A DNA stretch of 64,000 nt from Anaerolineae bacterium (GCA_016926915.1 JAFGNR010000040.1:230-64229); one strand, 5' to 3'. Shown: positions 9,269 through 19,400, counted from the stretch's first letter. Made by a program: numbers and translations. Notes: generated from the letters alone by a model not told the origin.

Positions 9269-9393
9269 GCTTCCACAGTGTTCGTCTCGAAAGATTTCAT
9301 GCGCGCCGCTGCGTTCTTGGCCGGCGATCATAAGACCTTACGGTCGTTGACGCGCGTTGCGGTTAAGCGACCGGTTTCCGAGAGAATCACAAG

Positions 9394-10605
9394 ATGGATG
9401 ACGTGAACCAGGCGTTTCGCCAACGCATCGCGCTCCTCGAAAACCTCATTGCCATCAGCCGGAGGCTGAACTCTACGCTAGAAATGCGCTCTCTGCTGGC
9501 GCAGATTGTCGATGCCGCCAGCGAGCTCCTGCGCGCCGACGCCGCTTCTATCCTGCTCGTCGTGGATGCCGACACACTCAACTTTGCCGCCTCCTGCGGG
9601 CCGGCGACCCCCTATCTGACCGGGGTGCCGGTGCCCATTGCCGGAAGCCTGGCGGGTTGGGTCGTGCAACACAATGAAACTGCCATTGTCGAGGATACCC
9701 AGGTAGATTCCCGACTGTTTTCGATCCAAAACGCAACGGCCCCCGCCTCCATTGTCGCCGTTCCCCTCTCGTTCGGCGACCAGATCATCGGCGTTCTGGA
9801 GAGCCTCACCTTTCATGAGCACCGCCACTTCACCTCCCAGGACGTAGAAACGCTCAAAACGCTGGCCAGTATCGCTGCGGTCGCCGTGCAAAACGCACGG
9901 CTTTTCCAGCAAAGCGATTGGATCGCGCAAATCGTCCACGAACTGCGCACGCCGCTCACGTCAATCCTCTCCTACGCCGATCTCCTCGACCGCCCGGATC
10001 TCAAGCCGGAAATGCAACAGCAGTTCTCGAAGATCATTCAACACGAGACGGAACGCGTCATCCTGCTTGTCGACCAATTCCTCGATCTGGCACAGCTGGA
10101 GTCCGGGCGGATGATCATGGAACCCGAACATCTGGACTTTCAGGCCCTCTGTTTACATGCTGTGGACGTCGTGCGCCCGCAAGCCCGGGAAAAAGCGATG
10201 ACGCTACACGTTGACGTACCTTCGCGAACTCCTGAAATCCTCGGCGACCCCCAGCGAATAGAGCAAGTGCTGCTCAATCTGCTAGCCAATGCCCTCAAGT
10301 ATGCCGGGCGCGGGACACCCGTCCACCTGACCGGGTCCGTTGAGGAAGATCACGTCAGACTCGACGTCAGCGACGCCGGTCCGGGTATTCCAGAGGCTTA
10401 CATCGATCACGTCTTCGAGAAATTCTCCAGATTGCCGGGCAGCCAGAAACAAGCGCCGGGGTCAGGGCTGGGGCTGAGTATTGCCAGGCGCATCGTGGAA
10501 GCCCATGGCGGGCGCATCTGGGTGCAAAGCGCCATCGGCAAAGGCAGCACCTTCAGTTTCACGCTGCCATTTGATCCTGCGCGCCCATCCGGTCCCGGCG
10601 AATGA
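9394..10605 (+). CDS. GAF-domain sensor histidine kinase (cytoplasmic)
   Basis: GAF domain, HELRTPL H-box, [21 protein letters not shown]. Confidence 0.92.
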   Translation: MDDVNQAFRQRIALLENLIAISRRLNSTLEMRSLLAQIVDAASELLRADAASILLVVDADTLNFAASCGPATPYLTGVPVPIAGSLAGWVVQHNETAIVEDTQVDSRLFSIQNATAPASIVAVPLSFGDQIIGVLESLTFHEHRHFTSQDVETLKTLASIAAVAVQNARLFQQSDWIAQIVHELRTPLTSILSYADLLDRPDLKPEMQQQFSKIIQHETERVILLVDQFLDLAQLESGRMIMEPEHLDFQALCLHAVDVVRPQAREKAMTLHVDVPSRTPEILGDPQRIEQVLLNLLANALKYAGRGTPVHLTGSVEEDHVRLDVSDAGPGIPEAYIDHVFEKFSRLPGSQKQAPGSGLGLSIARRIVEAHGGRIWVQSAIGKGSTFSFTLPFDPARPSGPGE

Positions 10606-10651
10606 TAAAGCCTTGGGGCCCGGCCGGGGTGCGGTTCACTTTGGTTAGCGC

Positions 10652-10679
10652 TTTACAAAACCTGAATTTGTGGTATGAT
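10652..10679 (+). promoter_or_regulatory. greA-lysS promoter
   Basis: TTTACA-16 bp-TATGAT with TGn extension. Confidence 0.6.
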
Positions 10680-10685
10680 CTTCTG

Positions 10686-10723
10686 GCCTGTGAGTGCGCA
10701 GCAACCGCACTCTCGGGTTTTTT
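10686..10723 (+). terminator. Intrinsic terminator in the greA 5' leader
   Basis: GAGTGCG/CGCACTC stem extended by GCCTG/CGGGT, then T-run. Confidence 0.7.
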
Positions 10724-10771
10724 GTATATAAAGGCCGCACGAATAGCCAGGAGCGGAGGGAATGGAGTACA

Positions 10772-11245
10772 ATGAGTGAACGCCCGGTATATCTCACCCC
10801 AGAAGGATACGATCAACTTCACAAAGAACTGAATACGCTCAAGACCGTCGATAGACAACGTGTTGCCCAACGGCTGCACGATGCATTGGCCGAAGGGGAA
10901 CTGATCGAAAACGCGGAGCTGGAAGATGCACGGCGCGAACAGTCTTTTGTGGAAAGCCGGATCTATGCGCTCGAACAACAATTGCGCTATGCAGCGATTA
11001 TCGAGAAGCCAGAGACACAAGCGGGCGTCGTCACGCTAGGTAGTCACGTCACAGTCTGTGAAGTGGGCGGCGCAGAGCCCGAGGAATACGACGTCGTGGG
11101 TTCCGCCGAAGCTTCCCCCATCCATGGTAGAATCTCGAACGAATCTCCGCTGGGGAAAGCACTGCTGGGCAAACGCATAGGCGACAAGGCAACCGTCCGG
11201 GCGCCGGATGGCGACATCGTTTTCGAGATCCTCGCAGTACACTAA
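10772..11245 (+). CDS. greA: Transcription elongation factor GreA
   Basis: LTPEGY, GELIENAEL, ISNESPLGKALLG. Confidence 0.95.
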   Translation: MSERPVYLTPEGYDQLHKELNTLKTVDRQRVAQRLHDALAEGELIENAELEDARREQSFVESRIYALEQQLRYAAIIEKPETQAGVVTLGSHVTVCEVGGAEPEEYDVVGSAEASPIHGRISNESPLGKALLGKRIGDKATVRAPDGDIVFEILAVH

Positions 11246-11268
11246 TTTAGAACGATCAACCGAACCGG

Positions 11269-11307
11269 ACAAGCCCATACTCCGAAATAGTGTATGGGCT
11301 TGTTTTT
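11269..11307 (+). terminator. Intrinsic terminator between greA and lysS
   Basis: ACAAGCCCATAC/GTATGGGCTTGT 12-bp stem + TTTT. Confidence 0.75.
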
Positions 11308-11336
11308 CGCCAGGAAGCACAAAAGGAGCAACCTGT

Positions 11337-12845
11337 ATGGACCTGAATGAATTGGAGCAAACCCGATTAGAGAAAATCGCACTGTTGCAGGCCGCCCACG
11401 TGGCGCCCTACCCCCATCGCGTCCAACGCACCCATACGACGGCAGCAGCAGTGCAAGCGTTCATAGAGGCAGAAGCGCAGGCAAGCGCGGCGCCTGATGT
11501 GACCGTGGCGGGACGCTTGGTCAGCATCCGCATCATGGGCAAGGTCACGTTCGCTCACATCGAGGATGGTCACGGTAGAATCCAACTATTCCTACGCGCC
11601 AATCAGCTAGAACCCGGTTATGAGCTCTTCAAGAAGGCATTCGATCTGGGCGACTTCATCGAAGCCACAGGAGCATTGATGCGCACGCGATCGGGAGAGA
11701 TCAGCGTCCAGGTGACGAACTTCCGCATGCTGGCCAAGGCCCTGACGCCCCTACCAATCCCCAAAGAGTACACGGACGCATCGGGTGAAGTCGCCCGCTA
11801 TGGCGCCTTTTCCGATGTCGAGGAGCGCTACCGGCAGCGGTATGCCGATCTGGCGGTCAACCCTGAGGTTCGCGGCATCTTCCGGATCCGTTCGCGCATG
11901 ATCACCGCGCTCCGCCGGTGGCTCGATCAACACGACTATCTCGAGGTCGAAACGCCCATCCTGCAACCGATTTACGGCGGCGCGGCAGCGCGCCCCTTCA
12001 CGACACATCACAACCAACTCAAACAAGACCTCTATCTGCGTATTTCGTTCGAATTGTATCTGAAACGCCTGCTGGTTGGCATGTACGAACGGGTCTACGA
12101 AATCGGTCGCGATTTCAGGAATGAAGGTGTTTCGTTCAAACACAATCCGGAATTTACGCAGCTGGAACTTTATTGCGCCTACACCGATCTGTTCGGGATG
12201 ATGGAAACGGTCGAGCAGATGCTTTCCAGCATCGTGGAGGACGTATTAGGAACGCCGCAGCTAACCTACCAGGGCCATGGCATCGACATGACCCCACCCT
12301 GGCGGCGAGCAAATCTGCGAGACCTCATCCTGGAGCATACCGGCATCGACTATGTGCTATTCCCAGAGGCCGCTGACCTGCGTACAGAGATGCGCCGGCG
12401 GGGATATGACGCCGCCGCCAATGCGACCTGGGGACACCTTGTCGACGCGCTACTCTCCGAGGTCGAACCCTCGCTGATCCAACCAACATTTGTCCATGCT
12501 TACCCGGTAGAAATCTCCCCCCTGGCGAAGCAGAAACCGGATGATCCCACCCACGTCGAGCGATTCGAACTCTTCATCGGAGGCATTGAAATGGGCAACG
12601 CGTTCACCGAACTCAATGACCCTCTCGAACAAGAGCAGCGCTTTATACAGCAAGGACGCGCCTACGAAGCCGGCGACGAAGAGGCGCAACCCATGGATGA
12701 AGACTACCTGCGGGCTATGAAATATGGCATGCCGCCCAACGGAGGATTTGGGCTGGGCATCGATCGGCTGGCCATGTTATTGACCGACCGCCGTTCGATT
12801 CGGGAAGTCCTCCTCTATCCGCATCTGCGCACAAAAGAGACCTGA
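11337..12845 (+). CDS. lysS: Lysine--tRNA ligase (class II)
   Basis: OB-fold, RYRQRY, GGAAARPF.THHN, FRNEG, GMPPNGG.GLGIDRL; SD AAGGAG. Confidence 0.97.
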   Translation: MDLNELEQTRLEKIALLQAAHVAPYPHRVQRTHTTAAAVQAFIEAEAQASAAPDVTVAGRLVSIRIMGKVTFAHIEDGHGRIQLFLRANQLEPGYELFKKAFDLGDFIEATGALMRTRSGEISVQVTNFRMLAKALTPLPIPKEYTDASGEVARYGAFSDVEERYRQRYADLAVNPEVRGIFRIRSRMITALRRWLDQHDYLEVETPILQPIYGGAAARPFTTHHNQLKQDLYLRISFELYLKRLLVGMYERVYEIGRDFRNEGVSFKHNPEFTQLELYCAYTDLFGMMETVEQMLSSIVEDVLGTPQLTYQGHGIDMTPPWRRANLRDLILEHTGIDYVLFPEAADLRTEMRRRGYDAAANATWGHLVDALLSEVEPSLIQPTFVHAYPVEISPLAKQKPDDPTHVERFELFIGGIEMGNAFTELNDPLEQEQRFIQQGRAYEAGDEEAQPMDEDYLRAMKYGMPPNGGFGLGIDRLAMLLTDRRSIREVLLYPHLRTKET

Positions 12846-12880
12846 GTTACCCGTACCTCTGCAACAACGACCGGTGCAAC

Positions 12881-12939
12881 AAAAAAGACGCCGGAGAACG
12901 TGGCGCCCCCGCGTGATGCAGGACACGTTCCCCGGCGTC
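12881..12939 (-). terminator. Intrinsic terminator after the HD gene (convergent with lysS)
   Basis: On - strand GACGCCGGGGAACGTG...CACGTTCTCCGGCGTC followed by T6. Confidence 0.7.
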
Positions 12940-12961
12940 CCGGGGGCGCCAGATAGCGTTT

Positions 12962-13594
12962 CTACAGCTCACCGGATACTTCGGCATCCAGACGCCGAAA
13001 AAACGCCGCCATGAAGCGATGTCGCTCATCGGCAATCGCGCGCCCGGAGGACGTGTATAAACGCTCCTTGAGCCGCGATAGCTTGACGACAAATTCGTGA
13101 ACCGGTGTATGCGATGAAGGATCATCGCCTTCCGTATCCCAGCGCGCTCGATCCACGGAATCCAGCGGCGCCCAGAGTCGCTGGTTATGCGCCCCGCCAT
13201 AGGCAAAGGCCCGCGCCACCCCGACAGCCCCCAGAGCATCGAGTTTGTCGGCATCGAACAGACACTGCGCTTCCAGCGTCTGCGGCGCCGGCAGGGTGCG
13301 AAAGCGGTGCGCAGCAATAGCGTGAACAACCGCCTCAACCCAGGCAGATTCCGCGTCCTGAAGAAACCGGCGCGCCCGCCCGGCCGCAAACGCCGCGTGA
13401 TCTTCGCCCAGAGACTCCGCCTCTGCACGCCCCCAATCGTGGAGCAAAGCGGCCGTCCGCACGACGGACGAATCGGCCCCTTCCAGCGCAGCGATCCGTT
13501 CTGCCAACTGCAGCACGCGAAGAATGTGATCGAAATCATGCACACTATCTGAACCGGCATAGAGCGCCTGAGCCTGTTCCACCGTCAGCTGCAT
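12962..13594 (-). CDS. HD-domain phosphohydrolase
   Basis: HDFDHILRV, ALLHD, FDADKLDALGAVGVAR. Confidence 0.9.
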   Translation of the reverse strand: MQLTVEQAQALYAGSDSVHDFDHILRVLQLAERIAALEGADSSVVRTAALLHDWGRAEAESLGEDHAAFAAGRARRFLQDAESAWVEAVVHAIAAHRFRTLPAPQTLEAQCLFDADKLDALGAVGVARAFAYGGAHNQRLWAPLDSVDRARWDTEGDDPSSHTPVHEFVVKLSRLKERLYTSSGRAIADERHRFMAAFFRRLDAEVSGEL

Positions 13595-13638
13595 CCCCAG
13601 CTCCTTTCCGGATAGCCATATCGGACCCTAATGCAAGT

Positions 13639-13662
13639 AAAAAGCGGACCTTTCGGCCCGCT
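13639..13662 (-). terminator. Intrinsic terminator after the M23 genes
   Basis: - strand AGCGGGCC-GAAA-GGTCCGCT-TTTT. Confidence 0.65.
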
Positions 13663-13747
13663 CCCACGCTTCCGCACGTGTGTGCAACGCTCAGCACTGT
13701 GTTGACTATCCCTGGCCTCCAAGAGGCATTCTTTCTCCTGACGAGCG

Positions 13748-14875
13748 TTATGGCAAATAGATCAAAGGGTTCGTGGGATAGCCGTTATACCGCACCTCGA
13801 AATGCAGGTGGGGTCCGGTGGAGTTCCCCGTGCTTCCCATCGCCCCCACCACCTGTCCGGCAGTGACCACCTGGCTTTCTACAACGAAGATGTTGCTGAG
13901 GTGCGCGTAGTAAGTCTGGTAGCCATTGCCATGATCTATGACCACCAGATAACCATAACCGACGTCTGTCCAGCCGGCGAAACTCACGTAACCGGCGTCC
14001 GAGGCTAGAATGGCAGCGCCGACAGCATTGGCAATGTCGATGGCGCGATGGCCATACCAGTACCCCTGGCTGATATACCCTGAGGCCGGCCAGAAGAAGA
14101 TCCCGACACCCGCCGTATAGTCTGGAACCGGGCCGCTATACGTGGTGACCGTCCGCGTCTCGTACGGTTTGGTGCCATTGGGAACAATGACCTTGAGCCC
14201 TACCGTCAACCGGCTGCCGTCCAGGGCATTGAAGGGGCACGCAACAATGTCTTCGGGGGCGACCTTGTATTTCTCGGCGACTTTCTGTAGCGTATCCCCG
14301 GCTTCGACGACGTGATAAACCCCATCGAGGGGCAGAATCACCAGTTCCTGCCCAACCTTGAGCAGATCCGGCGCCTTCTCCAGTTCAGGGTTCGACCACA
14401 TGATGGTCGTGGGCTGAAGACCGAAGGCGGCTGCGATTGATTCCGTCGTGTCGCCGGGCTGCACCATGTAGGTAACAATATCCAGGCGCGGTCGATCCGG
14501 AATTGCTGTATGGGGTTGGGCCTGACGTGAGATCTGCACCTGAAGTCCTGCGTTGGAATAGGTGCGAGTAACCGGGCTGTACTCTACTCCCCCTGAGGGG
14601 ACGACGCCTTGATCGCCAGGAGGTTGGGCCGCTGCCCAGGATGTCGTACGGGGGGAGTCTTTGGAAACCTGTACATTACTCAGCGCGAGAAGTAACCCCA
14701 ACGTGAGAGCCAAAGCAACGTGAGCCGTCATCCGCCCCAGAATCGGGCGTTGGCCCTCGCGATCCGAATTCCAGCGCCAGATCGCCACAGCCAATACAGC
14801 AATGGCGTGGGTCACAAATCGGCCACGCCATGCACATTCAGTCTGTTGTGGGGAAACCGTTTCTTGTGATGGCAT
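13748..14875 (-). CDS. 2xLysM + M23 metallopeptidase, membrane-anchored
   Basis: Two LysM repeats, HRAID and GPHLHFE Zn motifs; start by TAATG coupling to the upstream paralog. Confidence 0.88.
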   Translation of the reverse strand: MPSQETVSPQQTECAWRGRFVTHAIAVLAVAIWRWNSDREGQRPILGRMTAHVALALTLGLLLALSNVQVSKDSPRTTSWAAAQPPGDQGVVPSGGVEYSPVTRTYSNAGLQVQISRQAQPHTAIPDRPRLDIVTYMVQPGDTTESIAAAFGLQPTTIMWSNPELEKAPDLLKVGQELVILPLDGVYHVVEAGDTLQKVAEKYKVAPEDIVACPFNALDGSRLTVGLKVIVPNGTKPYETRTVTTYSGPVPDYTAGVGIFFWPASGYISQGYWYGHRAIDIANAVGAAILASDAGYVSFAGWTDVGYGYLVVIDHGNGYQTYYAHLSNIFVVESQVVTAGQVVGAMGSTGNSTGPHLHFEVRYNGYPTNPLIYLP

Positions 14876-16071
14876 TAGGGTTCGTACAACAGCGGGTCTT
14901 GCGCCACACCATTGAAACGAATCTCGTAGTGAAGATGGGGCCCTGTGGACCAACCAGTGGTGCCACACGCACCCAGTACTTGTCCCTGGGTTACATACTG
15001 CCCCGCCGTGACGTAGATCGAATCAAAGTGGGCATAGCGTGTCGTGAAACCGTTGCCATGGTCAACACGCACCAGGTTACCATAGCCGCCGCTCCACCCG
15101 GAGAAAATCACAATTCCACTATCGGCCGCGTAAATCGCATCCCCAAGACTGCAGCGATAGTCAAGACCAATATGCCCTGGATTGCGCGGGTCATGGAAAT
15201 ACCATCCTGACACCGCATAGGATCCCGTGGGCAAGACAAACCACCCGCTGGCGCCGGTCATCGAAACATCGACGCTGCCGTAGTAACTCGTCGACTGCGC
15301 GACCATCACATTAGGAGGCGGAGGCGGGGGCTCCCAATCAAAATCAGGGCCAATACCGTTAGGGATAACCAGAAGCAACCCTTCTCGCAAGCGCGACTCA
15401 GGGTCAATAGCGTTCCAGACATTATAGAGACTGGAAACTTCTACTTCGTACGCTAATGCTATCTCCTCCAGGGTTTCTCCACGCGCTACGGTGTGATAAG
15501 CGCCGTCAATAGGAGGAATGGAGAGGATCAAGCCCGGCTGCAAATCCCAAGGCGCGCCCTGGAGAGTTTCCATATTCGACCAAACGATGGAATAGGGGGA
15601 CAATTCGAATTTCTCGGCAATGCCATATACAGTATCGCCGGCGCCTACCGTGTAAGTGATGACTTCAAGGCGCACCCGCTCGGGAACTGTCGTATATGGA
15701 ACAGCGCGACGAGAAATCGCGCCCTGTGATTGAGAGGTTACATGACGAACCGTAGCGCCGCTAAACCCTACAGCAGTAGGAGTGGCTACGGGTTCTGCAA
15801 CGACTTGCAGCGCCGAGGGACTAGCAACATTAGCAACGCTTACCGGCGTCAGGGTGGCTTGCCCTACCAGGAACAAGAGGACCACCAACACCAACAGACC
15901 CAGATGCGCGCTGTAGCGTCCTAACATGGACGCAATGGACCTGCGGTCACTCTGCAACCGCCAGGCCCAGGCTATTCCCTTTGCCATGAGATGCGCCAGG
16001 CTACCGATAGCTACTCCCGGATCCTCGCCCATCACTGTTTCTAAAGATTCTGTACTATTATCCATAGTCAT
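14875..16071 (-). CDS. 2xLysM + M23 metallopeptidase, membrane-anchored (paralog)
   Basis: TM helix, two LysM, poly-Pro linker, HIGLD and GPHLHYE. Confidence 0.88.
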   Translation of the reverse strand: MTMDNSTESLETVMGEDPGVAIGSLAHLMAKGIAWAWRLQSDRRSIASMLGRYSAHLGLLVLVVLLFLVGQATLTPVSVANVASPSALQVVAEPVATPTAVGFSGATVRHVTSQSQGAISRRAVPYTTVPERVRLEVITYTVGAGDTVYGIAEKFELSPYSIVWSNMETLQGAPWDLQPGLILSIPPIDGAYHTVARGETLEEIALAYEVEVSSLYNVWNAIDPESRLREGLLLVIPNGIGPDFDWEPPPPPPNVMVAQSTSYYGSVDVSMTGASGWFVLPTGSYAVSGWYFHDPRNPGHIGLDYRCSLGDAIYAADSGIVIFSGWSGGYGNLVRVDHGNGFTTRYAHFDSIYVTAGQYVTQGQVLGACGTTGWSTGPHLHYEIRFNGVAQDPLLYEP

Positions 16072-16097
16072 ATAGGTTGCGGGACCACAACAGTCGT

Positions 16098-16126
16098 ATT
16101 ATAGCATGGCAAGGGGCAAAACGCAA
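16098..16126 (-). promoter_or_regulatory. Promoter for the M23 pair
   Basis: - strand TTGCGT-17 bp-TATAAT with TGn extension. Confidence 0.6.
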
Positions 16127-16300
16127 CGCGCCAATCTGACGATTTCCTTATGAGTTGGTAAAAACAGCCCCCAAATTGGTAAAAATACCCTAACTTTGGG
16201 AAAGTGCGTCTCACAACGAGCGCCGGGCGTCGTTCTCCGGCGAACGCCAGATCGTTTGAGAGCAGGAACCCCGTCTTGAATCGCCCCTATACCAAACTGC

Positions 16301-16328
16301 TTGACATGCGTCCCAGCCATGAGATAAT
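16301..16328 (+). promoter_or_regulatory. trxA promoter
   Basis: TTGACA-16 bp-GATAAT. Confidence 0.55.
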
Positions 16329-16429
16329 CTCCGTAGTTACATGAGGCATTGGGATCGCAAATCAAGGATTGGTAGAGAATTCGGCGCGCGCGTCTTCTCC
16401 AGCATTCGTCGTGAAAGGTAGGTAAGCAA

Positions 16430-16750
16430 ATGGCAGATCTGAAAGCAGTTGACTCCCAAAATTTCGCGTCTGAGGTATTGCAGGCCGCGGGGCCGGTACT
16501 TGTGGATTTCTGGGCCTCCTGGTGCCCTCCATGCCGCGCTCTGGCCCCTACCCTTGAAGAGCTGGCCCGCGAGGAAAGCCGGCTGCAAATCGTCAAGGTC
16601 AGCGTGGAGGAAGAACGGGAGCTCCCCGGCAAATATGGCGTCATGAATATCCCCACGATGATTCTATTCAAAAACGGTCAGGAAGTAGCCCGAATTGTAG
16701 GAAACCGCAGCAAGCGGAAACTTCTCCAAGAGTTGGAACCCCACCTGTAG
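16430..16750 (+). CDS. trxA: Thioredoxin
   Basis: VDFWASWCPPC, IPTMILFKNG. Confidence 0.93.
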   Translation: MADLKAVDSQNFASEVLQAAGPVLVDFWASWCPPCRALAPTLEELAREESRLQIVKVSVEEERELPGKYGVMNIPTMILFKNGQEVARIVGNRSKRKLLQELEPHL

Positions 16751-16769
16751 ATACCGGTCGTCACTTAGC

Positions 16770-16810
16770 ATACACAGGCCCGCCGCAACTGGAGCGCTGG
16801 GCCTGTGTAT
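16770..16810. terminator. Hairpin between convergent trxA and mazG
   Basis: ATACACAGGCCC/GGGCCTGTGTAT 12-bp stem. Confidence 0.55.
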
Positions 16811-16871
16811 TGTATCTACTGCGCAGCTCCCCATCAGGCAGCAACGGCCTCTCAGACGTGCTCTGCAAGTG

Positions 16872-18329
16872 TCAGGACGCCGGGGAGAACCCATTTTCGG
16901 TAATGAAGTCCTCGACCGTCATCCCTTGAGTACGAGCTGCTCTTTCCATGTCGCGCAGCCGCCGGGCAAATCGCATATTGGCCTCACGTAGTGCGCTTTC
17001 CGGTTCAATCCCACGCCAGCGCAGCCAGTTCGCCACGGCAAACAGTAGTTCCCCCGCAGCAGGGAAGCCCCCAGCAGCACCCTCAGCACCGGCAAAAGCT
17101 TCTACAGCGTGTCGCACATCTGCTACGACCGCATCCAGGTCCGGAGCATCAAGTCGCACACGTCGCGCGCGATCCGCATAAGCATACGACTGGGCCAAAG
17201 CCGGCAACGTGCGCGGCACACCATCCAGAAGCGAACGCTCTCGTTGACCATTCTTCTCGCGTTCCTGCCTTTTGATGGCCTCCCAGTTGAGCGTTACTTC
17301 CTCAGATCCCGAGACCTCGAGGCCGCCCCAGACATGTGGATGCCGGTGTTTGATCTTGGCATCGATTCCGGAAATGACTTCAGGCATGCGGAATTCACCG
17401 TATTCCGTAGCAATCTGGGCGTGCAGGACGATTTGCAGCAGCAAGTCCCCGAGTTCTTCCTGAAGCGCCGCCACATCATCATGGTCGATCGCGTCAAGCA
17501 CTTCATAGGCTTCTTCGAGCAAGTTGGTTCGCAAGCTCTGGTGGGTCTGCTCGCGGTCCCAGGGACAGCCGTCAGGAGCACGCAGGCGAGCAATGGTTTC
17601 CTGAAAACCTGCGAAACTGCTGACCGTTGGAAGCCCCGGCACGTAGAGTGAGCTCAAAGGCCCCAGATCGCGACGGTCGATCTCATACAACGGCAGCCAG
17701 CTGACCGATTCTGCGGCTGTTCCCGCAGCCTCAACCAACGCGACCCCATGCTCATCGGGATACTGGTTCATGAGTGTCAACTTCAGCTCTGAAGCAACCG
17801 CGCGGCTGTACACCTGCGCGATCAACGCCGGGAAATCCGGATTGACCTGTGGATGAGAAAACGCCATGACGTCAAGAGCATCCAGGATTTGGAGACCTTC
17901 CACGAGATCGACCCAAGGTTGGCCCGCCGGCCGTGAAACTTCCAGAGCCGTTAACAAGGGCTCGAGGAAACTCAAACCTGAAATGACCTGGGTTTGTATG
18001 CCTGATGTCCGGGCGGTTGCGAGAATACGCGGCACAGTGGCCTCGGCCACCAGCGGATGTCCGGGAACACCATACACCACCCCCGCTTCTCTGCGGCCAA
18101 GTTCCACCACTTGCCCGACGATGGCGTTGTACACCTCCTCGAAAGTACGCGAGGCTTCATACAACGCGTCAAATGAGTGAATCTGCAATCCGGCCGGGAA
18201 CCCGGATACAACCGGATGATGCGAGGTCCGCAGCCAGATCTCCTTGGCGGTGGATAACACAGTCCAGGCTGCGCGTGTGAGGTCCTCTGGATTTCCAGGC
18301 CCTAATCCTACGATCACGATGGATGACAT
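16872..18329 (-). CDS. mazG: Tetrapyrrole methylase-MazG fusion (YabN-like NTP pyrophosphohydrolase)
   Basis: VGLGPG N-domain; LRAPDGCPWDREQTH, EEAYE, EELGDLL, RHPHV. Confidence 0.9.
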   Translation of the reverse strand: MSSIVIVGLGPGNPEDLTRAAWTVLSTAKEIWLRTSHHPVVSGFPAGLQIHSFDALYEASRTFEEVYNAIVGQVVELGRREAGVVYGVPGHPLVAEATVPRILATARTSGIQTQVISGLSFLEPLLTALEVSRPAGQPWVDLVEGLQILDALDVMAFSHPQVNPDFPALIAQVYSRAVASELKLTLMNQYPDEHGVALVEAAGTAAESVSWLPLYEIDRRDLGPLSSLYVPGLPTVSSFAGFQETIARLRAPDGCPWDREQTHQSLRTNLLEEAYEVLDAIDHDDVAALQEELGDLLLQIVLHAQIATEYGEFRMPEVISGIDAKIKHRHPHVWGGLEVSGSEEVTLNWEAIKRQEREKNGQRERSLLDGVPRTLPALAQSYAYADRARRVRLDAPDLDAVVADVRHAVEAFAGAEGAAGGFPAAGELLFAVANWLRWRGIEPESALREANMRFARRLRDMERAARTQGMTVEDFITENGFSPAS

Positions 18330-18418
18330 ACTGCCTCCCGGTCTCTTTTCGCGTTCGTTCCACCCTCAGAGCACGCCAACCGGGTTTTCCCCGCGCGTGG
18401 CGGACGCAGAAAACAAGG

Positions 18419-18456
18419 AGCAGGTAGGCGACGCGCGCACGTGTCGCCTACCTGCT
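18419..18456 (-). terminator. Terminator hairpin after rpsI
   Basis: AGCAGGTAGGCGAC/GTCGCCTACCTGCT 14-bp stem, T-rich tail on - strand. Confidence 0.65.
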
Positions 18457-18483
18457 TGATACCGTATACAACCAAAACCGGAA

Positions 18484-18882
18484 TTAGCGCTTGGTGTATT
18501 GCGTGGCCTTGCGGGCACGACGCAGACCCGGCTTTTTGCGTTCCTTTTCACGCGCATCGCGGGTAAGTAACCCCGCCTTGCGCAACATCGGGCTGAAATC
18601 GGCATTGTACTTGAGTAAAGCACGCGCCGCTCCCATGCGAGCCGCTTCAGACTGCCCGGTGATCCCACCGCCATCGATCACAATCGTCATGTCGAACTGG
18701 CCGGCAGTCTGGGTCGCCTCAAAGGGCGCCACAAGGCAATAGCGGTCGATATCGCGACCAAAGAATTCCTGGTAATCCTTACCATTGACGAGCATCTGAC
18801 CGCTGCCGCCAGGATAAATGCGCACACGCGCGGTTGCCCGCTTGCGCCGCCCGATGCCTTCGAAGTACTGTCGTCCTTCCAT
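18484..18882 (-). CDS. rpsI: 30S ribosomal protein S9
   Basis: GRRK..ARV, LTRDAREKERKKPG, Q.TKR C-terminus. Confidence 0.97.
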   Translation of the reverse strand: MEGRQYFEGIGRRKRATARVRIYPGGSGQMLVNGKDYQEFFGRDIDRYCLVAPFEATQTAGQFDMTIVIDGGGITGQSEAARMGAARALLKYNADFSPMLRKAGLLTRDAREKERKKPGLRRARKATQYTKR

Positions 18883-19337
18883 TATGCCTCCTTAAAAACC
18901 AGCACCTCAGGCTTCTGCGCCTGATGTGGGTGCTCAGGACCGGCGTAGACCTTAAGCTTCTTGAACATTTTGCGTCCCAAAGGTCCGCGCGGCAGCATCC
19001 CCTTCACTGCGGCCTGGATGACCCGATCGGGGAATGTCTCCAACTGGCGCCTGAGGGTCACCGACTTCAACCCACCGGGATACCCCGAGTGACGATGATA
19101 CAGCTTCTGATCCAGCTTACGACCGGTAGTCGCTACTTTTTCAGCGTTGATCACAATCACGAAATCTCCCACATCCACGTGCGGTGTGTATTCCGGCTTG
19201 TGTTTGCCTCGCAGCATGCGAGCGATCTCCGTTGCCAAACGGCCCAAGGTTTGATCGGTGGCATCCACAATGTACCACTTGCGATCCACCTCGCCGGGCT
19301 TGGCCATATAAGTCTTATGCAGATTTGCTTTTTTCAC
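18882..19337 (-). CDS. rplM: 50S ribosomal protein L13
   Basis: [29 protein letters not shown]; start GTG 19337 (or 19352). Confidence 0.96.
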   Translation of the reverse strand: MKKANLHKTYMAKPGEVDRKWYIVDATDQTLGRLATEIARMLRGKHKPEYTPHVDVGDFVIVINAEKVATTGRKLDQKLYHRHSGYPGGLKSVTLRRQLETFPDRVIQAAVKGMLPRGPLGRKMFKKLKVYAGPEHPHQAQKPEVLVFKEA

Positions 19338-19400
19338 TTTGTCCTCACTCACCCTGGTTATCTAGTAGCCGTTCGACATGCCCGGTGGCATCTCAAGCGC

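Noticed and set aside
9266..9393. Possible TGA readthrough fusing the response regulator to the kinase
   Set aside because: The two genes are in different frames and no SECIS-like stem was seen
16231..16242. 12-mer CGTTCTCCGGCG matching the reverse complement of 12889-12900
   Set aside because: A single short match with dissimilar flanks; compatible with chance
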